From a virus: a stretch of DNA of 64,000 nucleotides. Shown one piece after another: positions 61,234-64,000 of the stretch. A program made the position numbers and the translations under genes. Numbering within the stretch: the first letter of the stretch is position 1; each line of letters starts with the position of its first letter. The notes under the pieces were generated by a model. It saw only the letters and a program-made list of their open reading frames with translations. It was not told where the DNA came from and did no database searches. The stretch lies in the IMG/VR virus record IMGVR_UViG_3300027889_000001; one strand, written 5' to 3'.

Positions 61234-61496
61234 TGCATGAACTCCATTATGTGGTCACTGCGAAGTGTTCGTGGCATCATGCAATCAAGCAAGCGTTCGC
61301 GTAATTGCTCGTTGGATTCAAGTGGCTTTCTCTCCAGCCCATAAATTTGTGCCATCATACCAGTCAGTTTCCAGTAATCCGCTTCGGTAAACGGAACGCG
61401 GCTGTACTTCATCAACGATCCGACACGCACAATGGCCGGAGTACACGCGACGAAACCGACAAGTCCTGTAATAAGACCGCGCCGTGTTTGCGTCAT
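61230..61496 (-). CDS. small protein with Tat-like RR motif and lipobox-like Cys
   Basis: Start at ATG 61496: MTQTRRGLITGLVGFVAC.... Confidence 0.45.
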   Translation of the reverse strand: MTQTRRGLITGLVGFVACTPAIVRVGSLMKYSRVPFTEADYWKLTGMMAQIYGLERKPLESNEQLRERLLDCMMPRTLRSDHIMEFMQ

Positions 61497-61535
61497 GAAA
61501 AAATCCTCCCAAATAGTCCTATAGAGCAACAGCGT

Positions 61536-62150
61536 TCATGCCGCCTTCTTTAACCCAAGTTTTTCGTTGATGGCGTCTAGCCGCACGGCAGGCAGGTTTC
61601 CAACGATGGTAATTGGGATCAGGTTTTCTAGGAACGGGGCTACTTCCGGCCAACGTTCGACAAGCGCGGTTGACGTAGTTGACCCGTAGATAATTCCTTT
61701 CACCTCATTGCGCAGTCGCGTGTAATCGTCTTTCAGGTTTTCGGTAGCCTGCTTGATGGACCAATACTCTTGAAACAACGAATCAGGTTCGTTGATCGTA
61801 AAATCACGGTTGTGCTGGTCTTCTGCAAGGAATCGGCGGCGATCAACAAAGCTGTTTGCTTCTTGCAAACGTGCTGCGCTGAATTTCAGGTTTTGGGGAT
61901 GACCATCGAATCTAAGCTTGGCCCATTGATCACCAAAATTAAGTCCGATCTGATCTAGTTCTACCAGCCACCCCGATGGCAGTTCGGCCATCTTGGTACG
62001 AATTGCAGGCGTATAGAATCTTTGATAAACTTTATCAGCCAAGGCGATTCGGCGCTTCAGAATAGTATCCGATTGAAAATCGAATTTTCCTTCCAATAAG
62101 CGCGTTACGATAGTATCACGAGTCGAGTTTGTAAGTTTGAAGTTTTTCAT
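61536..62150 (-). CDS. hypothetical protein
   Basis: 204 aa in A/T-richer DNA, between the polymerase and exonuclease genes. Confidence 0.6.
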   Translation of the reverse strand: MKNFKLTNSTRDTIVTRLLEGKFDFQSDTILKRRIALADKVYQRFYTPAIRTKMAELPSGWLVELDQIGLNFGDQWAKLRFDGHPQNLKFSAARLQEANSFVDRRRFLAEDQHNRDFTINEPDSLFQEYWSIKQATENLKDDYTRLRNEVKGIIYGSTTSTALVERWPEVAPFLENLIPITIVGNLPAVRLDAINEKLGLKKAA

Positions 62151-62172
62151 GCTGCGTCTCCTTTGGTTTGTG

Positions 62173-64000
62173 TCACGAACAATCCCCCCACGTAGCCCCG
62201 CGCTCGCGTTCTACAAGGACGGGCACTTTCAGCTTGACGGCCTGTTCCATGATCCGCGTCAGTTCGCGCCCGGCTTCATCGCCGGCGGGCGTGCGGGGAA
62301 TGGACGTATCGAGTTCGTCGTAAATGGTCAAGTAATAAGGGCCAAGCACGTCGCAGATACCTGCTTCCCACGCATCGACCATTGCCTTCTTCATTATGTC
62401 GGCGTTGCTGGATTGCATCTTGCGGTTCAACGCTGCATAGGATTTGTAGAGCCTGATATTTGGTCCATATTCCTGCAAGGCTTCTTCGCGGCGCAATGGT
62501 GGTTTATTGTCCGTCCAGTTGTTGACTGGCTCCCATAATGAAAAATGCTGCCTGCGGCCAAGAATCGATGTCACATAATGGTTCTTTTCCGCCCAACGCT
62601 GCGCGGCGTTAAACGTGGCAAGCGTAAACGGAAGTTTGGTTTCATATAATTTGATGAAGTCTTCGGCTTCCGCGACCGAGCACTTAATCAGCAAGGCCAG
62701 CTTGCCCGCGCGGGCGCCGTACCCCTTGGCGAAGTTAATTCCCTTCACCTGCTTGCGTCTGTACTTATCCTCCGGATCAATACCGCACATTTCCGCGCAA
62801 AGCTTATGGTAATCGGTTTTCGGGTCTTCCTTGTACCGCTGCCGGATTTCTTCTGCTCCCTGCCCTACCGCAAAATGTGCTAACAAACGGTATTCGATTT
62901 GTGACATGTCATCGCGCTGCCAATCGCAATCCGTTTCAGGAAGGAAGATGGACCTGACTAGCGACGCTAGAGGAGCTTCGGGATCATCTCGGTCATCAAC
63001 GCGCGCCGGAACGTTGGCAAGGTTCGGGTTGGCCGCTGCTATGCGCGCAATCGTTCCTCCACCATCGTCTTTTAGTTGTTTGAACTCGCAGTGGATGCGC
63101 CCGTTGATCTGATGCCCCAGGATGTGTCCATCAAGGAACGTGTTGATGATGGTATTGACGCGGCGCCCTGCTGCGATGGCATCAATCAAAGGGTCGCCTG
63201 CATGGGCTTCAAGGAATCCTTTTGTTACCGAAGGTTTCTTGGACTTTGGCGTCATGGGAACTTTGATCCCGCGCGCTGTTAGATGCTGTGCGAAGCTTTC
63301 CGGTGCCATGAGTTCGGCGGCGGGGCTGGACCAGCGCCGCATTTCCGCGATCCATTTATCGCGCTCTACCGCCAGTTTGGCACGCAATTCGTCCGCACGG
63401 TCAACATTGACCGGGACGCCACGGCGGCGCATTGCTACCAGAATCGGGATCAAACGGCTTTCGATAGAGTAGATGGTTGGAAGCTCTTCCGCCTCCAGTT
63501 TCTTTTGTTGAAGTGGAAAGATGCGCAATGGAAGGTCTACATCGCCTTCCGCGTAGGCACCGACATACATCGCAGGCAACCGCCAAAGGTTGCTCTTTAT
63601 TTGATCGTCCGTTGTCCAGCCCTGTGTTGCGGCTGCTGCAACAAGCAATGTTTCTTGCTTGCGTTCTCCCAAATAATCATGCGCCAGCGCATTGAGGTTA
63701 AACTCATAGCGCCATTCATCGAGCAACGGTTCGGCAATTTGTACGTCGTCGAAGCCCGCGCATCCGGCAAGCGTGACGCCATAGTTCGCCAGCCAATCGA
63801 GATCGTAATCCAGTTTGGCACCAACAATCCGCCCCTTGAATGCATTTAGTTCTTCCCGTGCCCATCGCCATACGACATTTTCGTCCAAATTTCCGCCGCC
63901 TTCGTGCCGGGTGGGGAAATAGAAGCGGCGGCCGTCATCGGTGCCCACGCCAAGCCCCACCACATAACAGTCGGGGCGGCGGCAACCGGGGCCTTTGGTT
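62173..64000 (-). CDS. polA: family A DNA polymerase (Pol I-like), 5-prime end beyond the window
   Basis: Contains DMSQIEYRLLAH (motif A), RRKQVKGINFAKGYG (B) and LTIYDELD (C). The reading frame stays open upstream of the track start (63963) to the window edge. Confidence 0.85.
   Translation of the reverse strand, partial: TKGPGCRRPDCYVVGLGVGTDDGRRFYFPTRHEGGGNLDENVVWRWAREELNAFKGRIVGAKLDYDLDWLANYGVTLAGCAGFDDVQIAEPLLDEWRYEFNLNALAHDYLGERKQETLLVAAAATQGWTTDDQIKSNLWRLPAMYVGAYAEGDVDLPLRIFPLQQKKLEAEELPTIYSIESRLIPILVAMRRRGVPVNVDRADELRAKLAVERDKWIAEMRRWSSPAAELMAPESFAQHLTARGIKVPMTPKSKKPSVTKGFLEAHAGDPLIDAIAAGRRVNTIINTFLDGHILGHQINGRIHCEFKQLKDDGGGTIARIAAANPNLANVPARVDDRDDPEAPLASLVRSIFLPETDCDWQRDDMSQIEYRLLAHFAVGQGAEEIRQRYKEDPKTDYHKLCAEMCGIDPEDKYRRKQVKGINFAKGYGARAGKLALLIKCSVAEAEDFIKLYETKLPFTLATFNAAQRWAEKNHYVTSILGRRQHFSLWEPVNNWTDNKPPLRREEALQEYGPNIRLYKSYAALNRKMQSSNADIMKKAMVDAWEAGICDVLGPYYLTIYDELDTSIPRTPAGDEAGRELTRIMEQAVKLKVPVLVERERGATWGDCS

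Noticed and set aside
1-64000. Signs of lysogeny or an integrated prophage (integrase, CI/Cro switch, att sites, flanking host genes).
   Set aside because: None were recognised. Both window edges fall inside phage replication and nucleotide-metabolism genes. This is consistent with a circularly permuted or arbitrarily opened phage genome, not a prophage in a chromosome.

Overview
The window is almost the whole genome of a tailed dsDNA phage with a contractile-tail (myovirus-type) gene set. I saw no integrase, CI-type repressor, att site or host genes, so it does not look like an integrated prophage. All family calls come from motif recognition by eye on the supplied translations and on my own translations; no database search was run.

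Layout:
1. Leftward early/DNA-metabolism arm (14725 down to 1). It carries an SNF2 helicase, many small ORFs, an SSB-like protein, a Prim-Pol, a class II RNR and a dCTP deaminase that runs off the left edge.
2. A roughly 390-bp divergent control region (14726-15113). It holds two large perfect hairpins built from a 24-nt repeat, plus a candidate leftward promoter.
3. A roughly 37-kb rightward late operon (15114-52434):
- a NusG paralogue, terS/terL, portal and a MuF-like protein;
- a DUF3008-Nudix-DUF2213 head protein, a decoration protein, the major capsid protein and connectors;
- a giant Cys-rich beta-helix protein, sheath, tube, a G/GT chaperone with a -1 frameshift, and a tape measure with a muramidase domain;
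- baseplate, fibres and endolysin;
- a 4-gene accessory island with a DUF2829/Tad2-like gene;
- holin, spanins and small membrane proteins.
The operon ends at an intrinsic terminator (52599-52634).
4. Leftward replication arm (beyond 64000 down to 52636). It carries family A DNA polymerase, a DEDD exonuclease, Dcm, a PD-(D/E)XK nuclease, an HTH protein, a UvrD-like helicase, small ORFs, an unknown 350-aa protein and RtcB.

Genes are packed with ATGA/GTGA/TAATG start-stop overlaps. I used these overlaps to refine many starts and to recover four ORFs below the track cut-off.

Most interesting observations:
- the hairpin pair in the control region;
- three fibre-like proteins with Sec-type signal peptides and paired cysteines, one of which also has a C-terminal membrane anchor behind an S74 autocleavage site;
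- a Nudix domain fused into the head scaffold/protease protein;
- a Tad2-like island that splits the lysis cassette;
- a roughly 60-aa module shared by capsid-decoration, neck, sheath and baseplate proteins;
- a phage NusG paralogue heading the late operon;
- structured intergenic RNAs at 40783-40869 and 49136-49210.
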